Below are positions 12,911 to 26,717 of a stretch of 64,000 bases of DNA, in pieces. The stretch's first letter is position 1. Every line of letters begins with the position of its first letter. The notes under the pieces are model-generated. The model had not been told where the DNA came from and ran no database searches. It saw only the letters and a program-made list of their open reading frames with translations. The translations under genes and the position numbers were made by a program. This DNA is from Octopus bimaculoides (lineage: Eukaryota). The stretch spans positions 132,330,779-132,394,778 of the forward strand of contig NC_068984.1 in assembly GCF_001194135.2 (NCBI RefSeq). The letters are read 5' to 3'.

Positions 12911-13537
12911 CCCACACAGTCACACGTAGGCAGTATGCTGTAAACATTGATATCAAGTAACACATAGCCAATGATAAATTACTGAGTAACCTACCTAGTT
13001 TACATTTTTTTCCAAATAACTCTACTCACCTGGTTTAATGCTGTAAAATGATTGGATAAAATTATTTCCTTCCTGTATAAGTTCTTCCTGTCAGTAACCT
13101 AAAACAATTTCTTTCTCTCTCTCTCACTCTCTCATATATATATAAAAAATGAAATAGAGGTACTTCAGTGGAATGCCACACAGCTGTAAAAATACTCTTC
13201 CATTCCAACAATAAGCATGCAATGAAGTTTCCAAAAATCATCATCCCCTTGATAGTAGAGCAATTGATTATATGTGAACCTAGGCTTCATAGGTCATTAT
13301 CAACTTGTCACCTATGAGCCACACTCTTTCTCTCTCTTTTAAATGGCTACTTTAGTTTCCATATTCAGCCTTAATTCTATGCTGGCTATGAATCTATCTT
13401 CAGTGCACTCTTAAGTAAATGAGAGTAACAAGCACCACACAAGTTTTCTTTGCCTACTTTGTTATGTACCACCACCATTCGTTGGAGGTCCATTGGAGTT
13501 CATTTAATTTTTTTATGAACAAAATGGCTGCAAGTTT

Positions 13538-13978
13538 GTCTGTTTGGTTAAGAAGCTTGCTTAACAACCTTGTGGTTTTGGGTTTGGTCCCTCTGTGCAG
13601 CAATTTGGGTAGGTGGCTTCTACTATAGCCTAAGGCCAACCAAAGCCTTGTGAGTGGATTTGGTAGACTGAAACAGAGAGAAGTCCATTGTGTGTGTGTG
13701 TGTGTGTGTGTGTACACATGCATGTAGGTATGTGTTTGTGTGTACTCTTGTCTCAATGCCATGTGATGGATGTAAATGAGCACCATTGTCATTCATGTAA
13801 TGTTGCACATTTCTGGTCTTCCGTGGAAAATGTGTAACCATGGGGAAAATATTACCTTGCTTGGAAACAGCTGAGGGTTGGTAACAGTGCATCCAATCTT
13901 AGAAAATCTGCCTCAGCAAATTCAGCCTGACCCATGCATGGAAGAATGAACATAAAATGATGAAGATGATGAAGATGA
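13538..13978 (+). mobile_element. Family C SINE head joined through (TG)n to an RTE-type 3' tail (tail 2)
   Basis: Same head as family C. After the microsatellite: ATATTACCTTGCTTGGAAACAG...CCCATGCATGGAA...(GAT)n, which ends like the RTE terminus at 57500. Confidence 0.75.
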
Positions 13979-14479
13979 AAGTTGATTACTTCAACATGGT
14001 CCCATACAGGTACCCTACACTCCACCCTACAAAACCAGAAAACTTTGAGGGGAAATGTATGGCATGCTTTCAGAGGAGATTACAGCATAAAATATCAAGA
14101 AAATATTTCATTGGTTACTCTTTCGTACATAGATGGCATTGAGGGGGACAGAATATGTCTGTTGAACATGCTCTAAAAAACCCAGTCCACTGGTATCATT
14201 TAATTTTCTGCAGACACTGGCTTATTTTGTGTATTGGTGTATGTGTGTGTAAGTGGGGGGAGGGGGTTAGTAACTTGAGGTTTAATGTAATGAGCAGGAT
14301 TACAAAAGATTATAAAAAGCTTAAATCTAATAACCAGTTTAAATCATTGAGCTTCCAGTGACTATTGCCCCTTTCATTCAAAAAAGATATCATTTGGAGA
14401 AAAGCTTCAAAACTGATTCTGACACCTTTCCTTTACTTAATCCAATGGACTCTTCTAAATGGTAAATTAGCCAGTTAAG

Positions 14480-14835
14480 CTTCAGTTCTTATGCTCTCAA
14501 GCACAGAGGGCAGCAAGTTGTTGCCACTGGTTTCTGTTGGTTATGATTTTCTGGTTTTCTTTGTATCTGGCTATATCATATTGGCTCCCCTCATGTCAAT
14601 TATGAATGTTTTGCACCATGTAATTTTTGGTCTTCCTCTCTTCCTTTTTCCTTTTGGTGATGTCTTTCTGGAAGGTGTTTTAGAATTGGTCTGGTAGCCA
14701 GAATATGTGACCTGTCAGTTTTAATCTTTGTTCTGTCATGATTTCACTAAGTGGCCTTATGTTAGCTCTCTTTAGAATGTCTTTATTGGTTATGTGGTCT
14801 TGCTAGTACATTCTCAAAATCCTTCTTTGGTAGAA
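14480..14835 (-). mobile_element. Decayed C-terminal fragment of an RTE-like LINE
   Basis: Minus strand reads YQRRILRMY*QDHITNKDILKRANIRPLSEIMTEQRLKLTGHI, matching the post-RT RRILxxxWxDxITNxxVLxRA...RLxxxGH pattern. Confidence 0.65.
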
Positions 14836-15869
14836 ATTGTCATGGCTAAAATTAATGCTTTTTTCAGAAATGTCTAAATAGGCAACGTTGTAAAGGTTTG
14901 ACCCTAATTAAATTCACAATTTTTAATAACAGATCAATCACTTCTGGCATTTTTGATGATTTCCACTCATTTTTTTTTTTGGTAGATAAGAGAATGATAT
15001 GGATTAAATTTTGGAAATTTGGTACCACTACATAGTGCTACAAATCTTTTGTCGCAGGCTATAATACTTGGCATACTGTTTCTAGTGATTGATGGTAAAC
15101 TGAAAATTTGTCATTTTGTTTTTTAATGATTCATAAATATCTTTTCTGTGAGTTTTGGCTCATTATGACAATAGTTTAACAAATCTTTTTCTTACAGTGC
15201 AATCTTCAAACATTAGAATAATACAAATGCACATTTTTATGTTTTGTTGATAAAATCTGTTGATTCATGCACTTGCAATGAAAATTATTTCCACATTGCA
15301 ACACCATGTAATTCTTCAGTTATGCCATGAGGCATTGTTTCAATTCCCCTAGTTACAGTTTTCTTTGATAACTGCTACCCATTGCAGCTTTTACAGCTGC
15401 ATTGTTTTTAAAATTCACAAATAGCAAATCACTAGATTCCAAAAAAGCGTCCTTTATCATTTCACCATCTTTGAATTTTTCTTTTTTTTTTTCTTTCTTT
15501 TTCTTTTTTGTTTTTGCTTTTCTTTTTGTTTTACACAATTTTAATGCCTTATTTGAAATTATGTGAGAAGAGTAGTCAAAGATTTAGAAATTGATGTTTT
15601 GAAAAATGATTGTTGCTTCTCCAAATTTGAAATTCCTTTGATTATTTTGTTTTTATATTTCATTTTTGAATTTGGAAGAAACAGTTGTGAATATTTTTAT
15701 GAACAATACTAAAATGTCTTTCTCCTGTTAGTTTTTTTTTTTTTTTTGTGGTGACTGTGGTGGTGGGGGTGAGAGTCATCTGCTATAAGAAACAGAATCG
15801 CAAGTTTCAGATGCATTCAACTTTTTATTTAGTCTAATTAAGTCTGTATTCACATTAAAGAGTTACAGT

Positions 15870-16058
15870 GATGTTTGCTTGGTCAGAAGTTTGCTCCCCC
15901 AGCCATATAGTTTTGGATTCAATCTTACTGCATGACACCTTTGGCTAGTGTCTTCTAGTATAGCCATGGGCTGACCAAAGTCTTGTGAGTGGATTTGGAA
16001 GATGGAAACTGAAAGAAACATGTTGTGTGTGTGTGTGTATAATATATATATGTATATG

Positions 16059-16107
<49 letters not shown>

Positions 16108-16265
16108 CATTTCCAATCTTCCAAGTAAACACATCTGGTCATGAAAATATTATCTCACTTGAAAATAGGCAAGGGGAAGAATATCTTGCTGGAGAAAAAT
16201 TTGCTTCAGCAAATTCTGTCCAACCCATGCAAGCATGGAAAAGTGACCATTAAAACTGTAATGAT
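15870..16265 (+). mobile_element. Family C head with RTE-type tail 2
   Basis: Same architecture as the 13538 element. Confidence 0.7.
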
Positions 16266-16790
16266 TAAATCTGAAGTATTACCATATGGCTGATTTGTCA
16301 TTCAATGACAAGATGAAGCAATGGCCACCACAGAACAATCTTCATATTCTTGGTAAATGAGAGTGGTTCAACATTTTCCTCTGAATTTGCTACCATTTCA
16401 TATTTCTAAATTCAGTTTTTGGGTTTGAGATTTTCACAGTTGAATTGGATTTTCTCTGTTGTTTATTGTTGAGAAAATTCCAGAAAAGCAAAAGCATCAA
16501 TTCAGTTTGTGAAGGGAGTGTTTCACAATTGACAATGGCATGTTATGAACAGTTATGTTTAGAACAAGTCATTCTTAAAGAAAAACTACAAAACATTTAG
16601 TCACATTATGAGGAAAAATTGTTCTTGTTACCATTCGTCATGATAGTATCTGGTTTTCCAGTCTCTCTCTCTCTTTTTTTTTTTATTTATTTATAGTATG
16701 TTTTGAAAAAAATTTAAAATAGTGATTGTGGTTGATACAGGAATTATGTTTGTGATATAGATTTTGAGTATCTAATGGTAAATCATTTAA

Positions 16791-17004
16791 CCCTTTACCA
16801 TTTAAACCAGTCTTATCACACCCATATATTGTTTTTCTTATGTTCAAACTGGTAAGATCCACTACCTCACACCTTATAATGTCATTCAAAAAATAAACAA
16901 TCATATCATCAAAATCTCAAAGCTACGAGATAATGCATGATTAATTTAAAACAAGGTGAATAAATGAGCATTACATTTGACTGAGTAATCTGAATGCTAA
17001 AGGG
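16791..17004. mobile_element. piggyBac-type MITE, family P2
   Basis: TTAA-CCCTTTACCATT ... AATGCTAAAGGG-TTAA. Confidence 0.85.
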
Positions 17005-18163
17005 TTAATTGTGTTTTCCTATAAGATATAAATGTTAATACATACAATATTGAAAGATTGGCATGGTTGAAAAGTATCCTAAGGCATCATTATCTTGATT
17101 CTTATATTAATTAGCTGGCTCTTTTCAAGCAAATTTTAATTGTTCTTTATTTGAAATATTTCCAAAAATTCATAGATACAATCAAGTTTTCTATTAAACT
17201 TTCTGTGAAATAAATAAATATATAAAAAACTATTTAAAAAAAAAATCAGTTTTTCGTTTTTTTTCTTTTGCCTCCATTACTAGACTGAAACTAAATATTT
17301 AATTATCTGGTGTTATAAATTACTTTCTACTTCATTATACCATTGTTTTGGGAAACTCTACTTTAATAATGACTCTCACGGCTGCCTTCTGAATACTTTA
17401 TGAAAACAAACGTAACAGTTGTTAACAATGTCAGGCATGGCTGTGTGGTTAAGAAGCTTGTTTTGCAACTATGTAGTTTTCAGGTTCAGTCCCACTGTGC
17501 AGCACCTAAGACAAGTGTCTTCTACTATAGCCCTAGACTAATCAATGCCTTGTGAATGAATTTGGTAGACAGAAACTGCATGGAATCTGTTGAGTATGTG
17601 TACATGTATGTATACATATTGTATGTCGGTGGATACTTGTGCATATATTACATATACATAAATACATATATGTTGTGTTGTGAGCCCTTAACTCATTGAT
17701 GAAGTTGTGGGGAATGTCATGACATAGAGTGCATCTTGAACATTTTAACCGTTAGTGGGGGCCCACCCATCTCCAGGTCTAACTGGAATCACTTTCTTCC
17801 AAAAGAGAGAGAGAGAGAGAGACGGGCTGAAGGAACGAAGAAAAAGAGAATAGGTAATCCCATGCAGGACGGGCACTTTATTTGTCAAGCCCAAAAGGAT
17901 GAAGTGCAAAGTTGGCCTTGGCAGGATTTGAATTCTCAGCACAAAGAGCCAGAACAACTAATGCAAGTAATCTTTCTAATACTCCGACGACTCTACCAAT
18001 CACTCATCTAAACACATTGTGTGTGCGCGCGCACATACATATGGATCTGGGTATATGTGTAGGTGTACATATGTATGCATGACTGTGTTTGTGAGCATAT
18101 ATACATACATACATATATATCATCATCATCGTTTAACGTCCGCCTTCCATGCTAGCATGGGTT

Positions 18164-18205
<42 letters not shown>

Positions 18206-18874
18206 CACACACACACACACACATATATTCACACAAAGTTACAAATTATATAACTGTGCATATAATCTTTATTATGTTTGTTTGAATTCCAGAAAATCTG
18301 TCATCCATGTTTAATATTCTCATTGTTGATATTTTTGTTGGTTGTTTGCTGTTATTGTCCAGATGAAAGGTGACTGTTTATGGTACATGTAATATGTGTC
18401 AACACTGTCACACCCTTTTAATACATTCATCCCATCCTAATCTCATTTTGTGCATATGTGTGTGTTTGTTTGGAGCGTAGGTGTGGCTGTGTGGCAAAAA
18501 GTTTGCTTCCAGATCACTTGGTTTTGGGTTCTGTCACACTGTGACACCTTTACCAAGTATATTCTACGACAGCGATGGTCCAACAAATGCCTTTTAAGTG
18601 GATTTGGTAGACGGAAACTAAAAGCCTGTCTTCACCATTTAATAACTACTTTCCATGCTGGCATGGGTAGGATGGTTTGACATGGAACTGGTGAGCTTCG
18701 GGGCTGTGTCAAGCTCCAATGTCTTCTTCGGCATGGTTTCTACAGCTTTATACCTTTAATAATGCCAACCACTTTACAGAGTGTATTAGGCGCTTTTTTC
18801 ATGTCATGGCACTAAAGAGGTTACCATGTAGCTTGTCAGACAAAAAACAACATAAGGGAGGACAAAACCCCCAC

Positions 18875-18883
<9 letters not shown>

Positions 18884-18962
<79 letters not shown>
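18884..18962. repeat. (CA)n microsatellite, one of dozens of CA/TG/TA/GA tracts in the window
   Basis: Seen directly. Others include 5455-5520, 12863-12907, 40200-40296, 45558-45627, 52163-52260, 58918-58960. Confidence 0.95.
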
Positions 18963-18965
<3 letters not shown>

Positions 18966-19482
18966 TGAGATATTATAATAGTAAATTAATATATTATGAT
19001 ACACATTAAATACATTATAATATAGGTAGTTATAGCAGTTAAAACCAGAAAGGCATAAAATTAATAAATGAGGGTGCAAAATAACACCTGCAATTGCTAG
19101 AAATAAGAGCTAAGAATATAACTCAGAAAGCCACATAAAATCACCAACCTCATGGGGTGGCGAGCGGTAGGCCATAACATGAGATAAATTCAGTGAGATA
19201 AATTCACAGAATGAAGTAGTTTGATACATACATATATGCATACATACACACTGTGTATGTGTATATGTGTGTTTGTTACTGTCCCTTTGTTTTGACATGA
19301 CCTGATAGTCGTAAACAAATGTCACCACCATGCAAGCAGTGTCCTTTTTCCAATCTTCCTTGTCTGGTCTTAGGGAATATATTACTTTATACTTGGAAAC
19401 AGGTAAGGATTGGCAACAAGAAGGGCATCCATTCAAACCATATGAGCATTAAAAAAGTAGACTTCAGTTTATAAGACAATTT

Positions 19483-19849
19483 GTTGGCACTCTCCGTCGC
19501 TTACGACGTTGAGGGTTCCAGTCGATCCGATCAACGGAACAGCCTGCTCATGAAATTAACGTGCAAGTGACTGAGCACTCCACAGACACGTGTACCCTTA
19601 ACATAGTTCTCGAGGATATTCAGCATGACACAGTGTGACAAAGCTGACCCTTTGAATTACAGGCACAACAGAAACAGGAAGTAAGAATGACAGAAAGTTG
19701 TGGTGAAAGAGTACAGCAGGGTTTGCCACCATCTCCTGCCAGAGCTTCGTGGAGCTTTAGGTGTTTTCGCTCAATAAACACTCACAACGCCCGGTCTGGG
19801 AATCAAAACCGTGAGTCCGCTGCCCTAACCACTGGGCCATTGCGCCTCC
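19483..19849 (-). mobile_element. Full-length family A SINE
   Basis: Reverse complement of the 9603 element. 11-bp TSD TAAGACAATTT at 19472-19482 and 19850-19860. Confidence 0.92.
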
Positions 19850-21514
19850 TAAGACAATTTAATGCTGCATAAATCTCTCTCTCTCTCTCTCTCTACTTTT
19901 TTTTCTTGCTTTTTCATTCACCTACTTCCTTCATTTGCCTCTCTATACATTGTCAAGTCTATCACATTGTTCAATTATGATTATTTATCAATCATACTTA
20001 AACTGGTTATGATTGTTTTAACTTACACCTTTGACAAACAGTTCTATACAATTCTCAGTAGCATCAGCCTGACATTTTAATATTGTTAGGCTGAAAGTTC
20101 TGCCATTTATGGTGCTTATGATAGTGGTTGTATAAGTTCTAATCACCTCCACAGAGGCAGATTTATGGTATTGAGATAATCAATCAAACATTTATAGGCC
20201 AACATGTCAGCACACTTGATAGGTTATGTTTCAGTGTAGTCTAAAACTACAAATTTTATGCTAACACAGTCAATGTAATGATCTATCCATGTTTCAGTGA
20301 GTTTGCAGTATAGATTGTTTTTGTATGTATGTGAAGTGGTTGGAGAAGAGATGGTTGATGTGGTTGTGTAGGCCCAATCAGTTCCGCTTGAACTTGTTTA
20401 TTTAGGGAGCAGTTTTTCAAGAGATTTGGCTGCCATTGCTAGTAGTGTCTCTATTAGTTCCAGATGAGCAAGATAATTCAGGTTTAGTGACAAGAATAAG
20501 TAATGTAAGTTCTCTGGACATTACTGTCTTTAATCCTAGGACTCGTGTATAAGTGACAAGAGAGTACAACATTTTTCTCGAAGGGGATACCAGTCTGTCA
20601 CAAGGTTATCCGTTTACAGCCGAGTGAACTGAAGCAATGGGAAATGAAGTATTTTTCTCTCAACAACACTATGCACTACCCAGTCCAGGAACTGAAATCT
20701 TGATCTGGTGATCATGAGTGCAACACCCTAACTACTGGGCCATTTGTCCTCCAATAGCTCAAATTTACTATAAGTTTTTTCTTTAAAGAAAGTGGTTGGC
20801 AATGCAACATAATTTTATTCTAAATTTGGGTGTTTATCACTGGTTTTATGAACATCAGTATTTTTTTGTTTGATTTGGTCTGGTGGATGTTATGATGGCA
20901 CAAGTGCTTGGTCCTGTTATTGAGAGATTTAGTTTGTCATTTCATTGCAAATTAGCACCATGCTATCCTTTCAGAAACCTTCATTCAATGCTGCTTTAAA
21001 TCTGATCCTAAGCACAGATTGGCAGAGTTACTGTGTGGCAGCAACAGAAGACATTGCTGTATGTTACTAGTATAGTTCACTGATCTAACAGTTTGTAATC
21101 TCTATTGGTGGAATGTGAACTGTTTTCAATCTAAAACACTGACAAATGATATTGGATAACAGTTGTTCAGGACACGCATTCAACTTAGGGATATACTGGC
21201 TAATTCTGTAAGATGGAAATTTATATAAAGTACATATAAACAATTTTGACCCCTGCTTTCAACAACACACATGAGATCTCTAAATGTCAGATGGAAAAGT
21301 GGGACAGAAGTTAACTTACAAGCATTGACTGTACAACTTTTAGGTAAATAAATTTAGATCCCTTGACACGATTATATGCTTACTCAGTATGACCACATGG
21401 GATTGCCCCAACTAGAATATTGATATCATCTACTACATATCTACAGTATAACAGTTACAGAGTGTTCATCTAAGGATTGCCTACCTTTTTTGTCCCAGCG
21501 GATAGAAAGTATAC

Positions 21515-21754
21515 TCTTTTACTCTTTCATTTGTTTCAGTCATTTATTTGACCGTGGCCATGATGGAGCACTACTTTTAGCCAAACTAATCGACCCCAGA
21601 ACTTACAAACTTATTCTTTATAAGTTTTATAAGCTTCTATCGGTCTCTTTTGCCAAACTGCTAAGATACGGGGATGTAAACACACCAACGTCGGTTGTCA
21701 AGCGATGGTGAGGGGACAAACACAGAAACACAAATATATATATATGCACACACA

Positions 21755-21788
<34 letters not shown>

Positions 21789-21945
21789 TACGATAAGCTT
21801 CTTTCAGTTTCCATGTACCAAATCCACTCACAAGGTTTTGGTCAGCCCGAGGCTATACTAGAAAACACTTGTCCAATTTGCCACGCAGTGGGACTGAACC
21901 CAGAACCATGTGGTTGGAAAGCAAGCTTCTTACCACACAGCTGCT
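21515..21945 (-). mobile_element. Family C SINE, tail 1
   Basis: Reverse complement of the 45406 element, including the central (CA)n. Confidence 0.85.
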
Positions 21946-22689
21946 ATATAATAAACTATTTATATAGAATGTAAAGTATATGTGTGTGTGTATGAGATGT
22001 ATTTGTGTATATATAACAAAGTTTGTGTGTGTGTGTGTGTGTAATGCATATATGTTTGTTCATTGTTAGTGTGGAATGATAGTTAACAGGTCAATGTGCT
22101 ATGTGCATGAGATAAGAGGAGATAGGAATACAACAGTAACTTTAAGTATGAAGAAAAGAACTTGAAGGCATTCTTTAGATTCCTGCTAAGGTAACCTCAG
22201 GTCTCACCTTCTGTTGATCAGTGGAAAACCCCCACCTCTTTCTTTTAGTCTCACTCTCTTATTGGAATCTGAGCAACACAGCTTCATAGCTGTCTGAATA
22301 ACAGCAATTGGTAGGATTCAGATTGTAGGACAGCTGTTTAGCTTGTGAAAAAGGTTACAGCTGTTGAGTATTGCTTTGGTAAATGATTTGAATTAAAGAG
22401 TCTGGTTTTGTAAGAGGAAGGAATAGGAATAGAAAGAACTCCAAGTGAGCTAATAGTTTACGTTTACCCTAATGTGATGAAATCACAATTTCCTTTTTGG
22501 ACCCTTTTTTTCTTGAATTCACCTTTTCTTACCTCAACCATATATTTCAAGATATGTAAAATGCAATTTGGAATAGTGTCGGGATAGTGTTCTCGCTTTC
22601 TTCCTAGTGTGACAGCTATAAGAGAAGTTCTTAGCTAAGAGTAAGCCACTATATGTAGAATTTGTCAATCCTGATTCCATGCTCTGTAA

Positions 22690-23150
22690 TCTGGTGACCT
22701 TTAAAAAAAAACTAGGTGTAGATGAATGGCTTGTGAGAGGTAAGCCATACAGAAATGAGTTCAATGAAAAATTTACCGTGAGAATAGGTGTCCATCAAAG
22801 CTCAGTTCTTAGCCCTGGTTTATTATAATTATAACCTATCTATCATAGTTAACCAGACCATAACAAAGGAGTTTAAGACTAGCTATACATGGGAACTCCT
22901 GCATTCCAATGACCTAGTTTTCATAGCTGAATCTCTTGTAGGCTTAGAGAAGACATTCCAGATGTGGAAGCCAAGCCTAGAATCAAGAGGCCTCAAAGTA
23001 GACCTAACGTAAAAGTGAGCAGGAAAGAAGAAAGATCTCTACTGCCATCTAATAAGTGGCCATGCTTGACATGCAGCAAAACAGTAGATAGAAATTATAT
23101 ATCAGTACATGAGGTGTCATGGGACAGACATGAAAATCTTCACATGTGGT
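22690..23150 (+). mobile_element. Decayed RTE-type LINE reverse transcriptase fragment
   Basis: Frameshifted LKKLGVDEWLVR, IGVHQSSVLSP, WELLHSNDLVFIAES (YADD decayed), LESRGLKV and KWPCLTC. Confidence 0.8.
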
Positions 23151-23215
23151 AAATGCACAGAAGTAATTAACAGTAAAGGTATCTATGAAATACATTCTTT
23201 CAAGTAGTTGAAGCT

Positions 23216-23405
23216 CCTCTCTCTCTCTCTCTGCTCATGTTAGGGTCATCTCTAGTTAGCATTCCCAGAGAGGTCGTTGTCTGTAGAGCTGACTAGATTC
23301 ACCAGTGCCATCCCCCTCCATTACTGGTGGTCCCGTACCAGCCCCTCTGCATCCTCCAAAGTGATGTCAAGCCTCTGGAGTTCTTTCTTAATCATGTCCA
23401 GCCGT
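23216..23405 (-). mobile_element. 3' end of a non-LTR (RTE-like) element with a (GA)n tail
   Basis: Minus strand reads WLDMIKKELQRLDITLEDAEGLVRDHQ*WRGM, the typical C-terminal W...DRxxWR pattern, followed by a simple-repeat tail. Confidence 0.55.
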
Positions 23406-26331
23406 AAAAGTAACTGTCTTTGTGGTCTTGTGCCTATTTTGCTTAAAAACAATATTTTTAATCAGTAGCAAACCAAACTTAATACCTTGTAGTATTTAGT
23501 CCCTTTATAGTCAGAGTTAAATCTTGTAGTAATACTGGTCAACTTTGCCATTCATCCTTCTGGGCAGGGCATCTATAAAATTACTGGGGTCAGCTTAATC
23601 AACTAAACAATCTCCCCAGTTATGTGATCTTATGCTTAAATTGCAAAGCGTTTACTATTTATCATTGGGAAATTGTATAATAGATGTAAACCCACTTCTA
23701 TGATCTAATTTCTAGCTTTAGGTTATAAACAGTTCACTTGTGCTGTCACTAATAGCATTCAGAAGACATCAAAGTTACAATTACACATCTACTTTAAAAA
23801 CCTTATCTTTTCATAAGAAAAGTTTCAGTAGAGAAGGGTGAAGAACTTTGACCCTGCTTGAGTGGCTCCTTATAATTTTTGCAATTTGGAGATATATATA
23901 TATATTCATTTAAATTTATGTATTGTGTATGTCTTTGTTTCTTTTTTTTTTTTTTAAATTTATCTGACATTATTTGTGTCGGGCTAAATGCTTAACAGTA
24001 TTTTTTGTGATCCGTGTATGAACATTCTGAGACTGAATCTCACCTGGACTGACTTTTACTTTTCATCATTCTGGGACTGATGAATTAATACAAGTCTTGT
24101 ACTTGGGCTGATACTGTCAATTGTCCCCATCTCCAAAATGTTATGGCTGTTTGCTAATATTTGTCAACATTACAATAACAGAGCTTGTAGTGTGCTGGTT
24201 GACAAAAACTCTCTCTCTCCATAAACTGAATCCATGGTTCACTTTCACTTCCAAGCTGAAACGTATTTGAACACTAATATCCCTGGAAAAGATATGAATA
24301 TTATGGATTCCTATTTAATCTCTTTAAACCCTCAGATTTAAGATCTTTATAAGAAACCATTCCATCACATCATTTAACATTGACTTTTCCATGCTTGCAA
24401 GGGTCAGATGGAATTTGTTGGAGCAGATTTTCTATAGCTGAATGCCCTTCCTGTTGCCAACCCATATTTGTTATTCAAGTAGGGCAATATTTCCCCTTAG
24501 ATAGACATGTTTTTCATGGAAGACTAGAAACACACAATCATGCTTGTATGACAGTGAAGCTCATTTACAACCATCACATGATGTCCTTTGCTTCAGTCCC
24601 ATTGCATGGCACTTTGCAGGCCGAACAAAGGCTTGTGAGAAGCCTCTGTATGTGTGTGTGTGTGTTTTATCCAGCTGGAAATTTATCTCATCCTGGAAAG
24701 ATTCTTCAGGAACATTCACATCTCTTATTAATTAGGACAAGGAACTTTATGGGCAAGTGAGTAGCCATTTGTTTTTCCCATTGGTGGGATTTTTTTTTTT
24801 TTTATTTCATAATTTCTACTGAAGGGTGTTTTGTTTTCACTTAGGTTTGCAGAGTTGTGAGCTTTCGAACACACAGCAGGATGGAACCCTATCAACATTA
24901 TAATGCTGCCTCTTGAATATCTCTTGTTCTGTTTACCTGTTAGTATTGAGAGTAGAAGTAAGACGAGAGATTTCTGGGTAGGGATAGTTCCTAAATTGGC
25001 ACGAAATTTGATGAGATGTTCTGTGGTTTAACGACAAAGTGAGTTTGACTGATCTCACACAGCAATGAATAAATTGATGAAAGCGATGGGTGGGGGGACA
25101 ATTTTTTTTAATGAAACAGAGAAAAACAAAAATCCCCAGCAAAAAAAGCAAAACAGTGTTGCATGACATTTAATCTCTGCTTCCTCAAGTTGACCGATTC
25201 CTTCTCATATCCTATCTGTGTCATATGTTAACCTTTTCATGTCTTTACCAGCTTCCTTTTCACCCAAACACTTAATTGAAACTAGGTTATTGTTGTTGGT
25301 ATAATTTATTGTCAGTTTCTTATTTTATTGTTTATATTATTATTTTTTTTTCACTTAGTCGTTGCTGCAATCCCCCCACCCCCCTCCTCCCCTAATGTTC
25401 TTCTCAGTAAAGTTTACATACTTATTTGGTTTTCTTTGACTTTTTTAAAATTTTGATAATTTATTTGTAAGACTAGTAAGAACTAGAAAGGTTCTGTTCA
25501 CATACACATATATACAAAGGTACATATTACAAAATATACTAATGTATGTATATATAAATGTAGGCACAAACGGTTTCTGATTTAAACACAAGGCCTGCAA
25601 TTTTGAGATACGAGTGACTAGTCAATATCATTGATCCAAGTACTTGGCTGGTCCTTTTATTCTCAAAGTGGGCTATACTACACCCTGGAGGAACAAAGGG
25701 GCTTGTAAAGGGTGATAGATGAATCTTTTAATGATCCTAATTTCCAGAAGTATTTTCAATTTTTATTCTGTGTACGAACAATTTGGTTATACATTAATGG
25801 TGGAAAATGTTTTGACATTCCATATTGTTAATGGTGATGAACTTGTCAGCAACAGTATTTTTAGTGTGTATTTTTGTTGAATCATAGGAAGGGGGTGTTG
25901 AAAGAATGTTGTTTAATAGAAAGGTACAATAGTTAGGAAGACGTTTGAAAAGCACTATGCCAAACGTTGAGTCAAAAACTAAGACCAAGTTGTGATGCAT
26001 CAAATATTTGCTTATAGTAGGGTGGTGCTGCGATAAGTAGCCACCCACACCAAACTAGCAGCCGGAACTAAATTATTCAAGCCTGATATTACATGTGCGC
26101 ACATTAAAAATGGGGGAATCACTGAATTGCAGCAAGAGGTTGTTGAAAATGTGTTAGTGAAAGAAGAAAGGGCAATAGTTTGAGAAAAATTTGAGAAGGA
26201 CTGCTATAATGAGTCTGAGCTTGTTTCATGTATACGTAAATATCTGTATATATATAATGGCATATACAGATGCATGGATATGCAATGTTACAAATGCATG
26301 CATGTACAAGGGCACTCATAAATGAATGTAT

Positions 26332-26717
26332 GTTGTTGTTGGCACTCCGTCGTTTTACGATGTCGAGGGTTCTAGTTGATCTGATCAACGGAACAGCCTG
26401 CTCGTGAAATTAACGTGCAAGTGGCTGAGCACTCCACAGACACATGTACCCTTAACGTAGTTCTCGGGGAGATTCAGCGTGATACAGTGTGTAAAGGCTG
26501 ACCCTTTGAATTACAGGCACAACAGAAACAGGAAGTAAGAGTGAGAGAAAGTTGTGGTGGAAAAGTACAGCAGGGTTCGCCAGCATCCCCTGCCGGAGCC
26601 TCGTGGAGCTTTAGGTGTTTTCACTCAATAAACACTCACAACACCCGGTCTGGGAATCGAAACCGCAATCCTATGACCGCGAGTCCGCTGCCCTAACCAC
26701 TGGGCCATTGCACCTCC
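26332..26717 (-). mobile_element. Full-length family A SINE
   Basis: Same family. 12-bp TSD AAATGAATGTAT at 26320-26331 and 26718-26729. Confidence 0.92.

Noticed and set aside
12350-25822. Isolated RCATTCCW sites (12350, 21110, 25815 and others)
   Set aside because: Their number is close to rough chance expectation for 64 kb of this composition.
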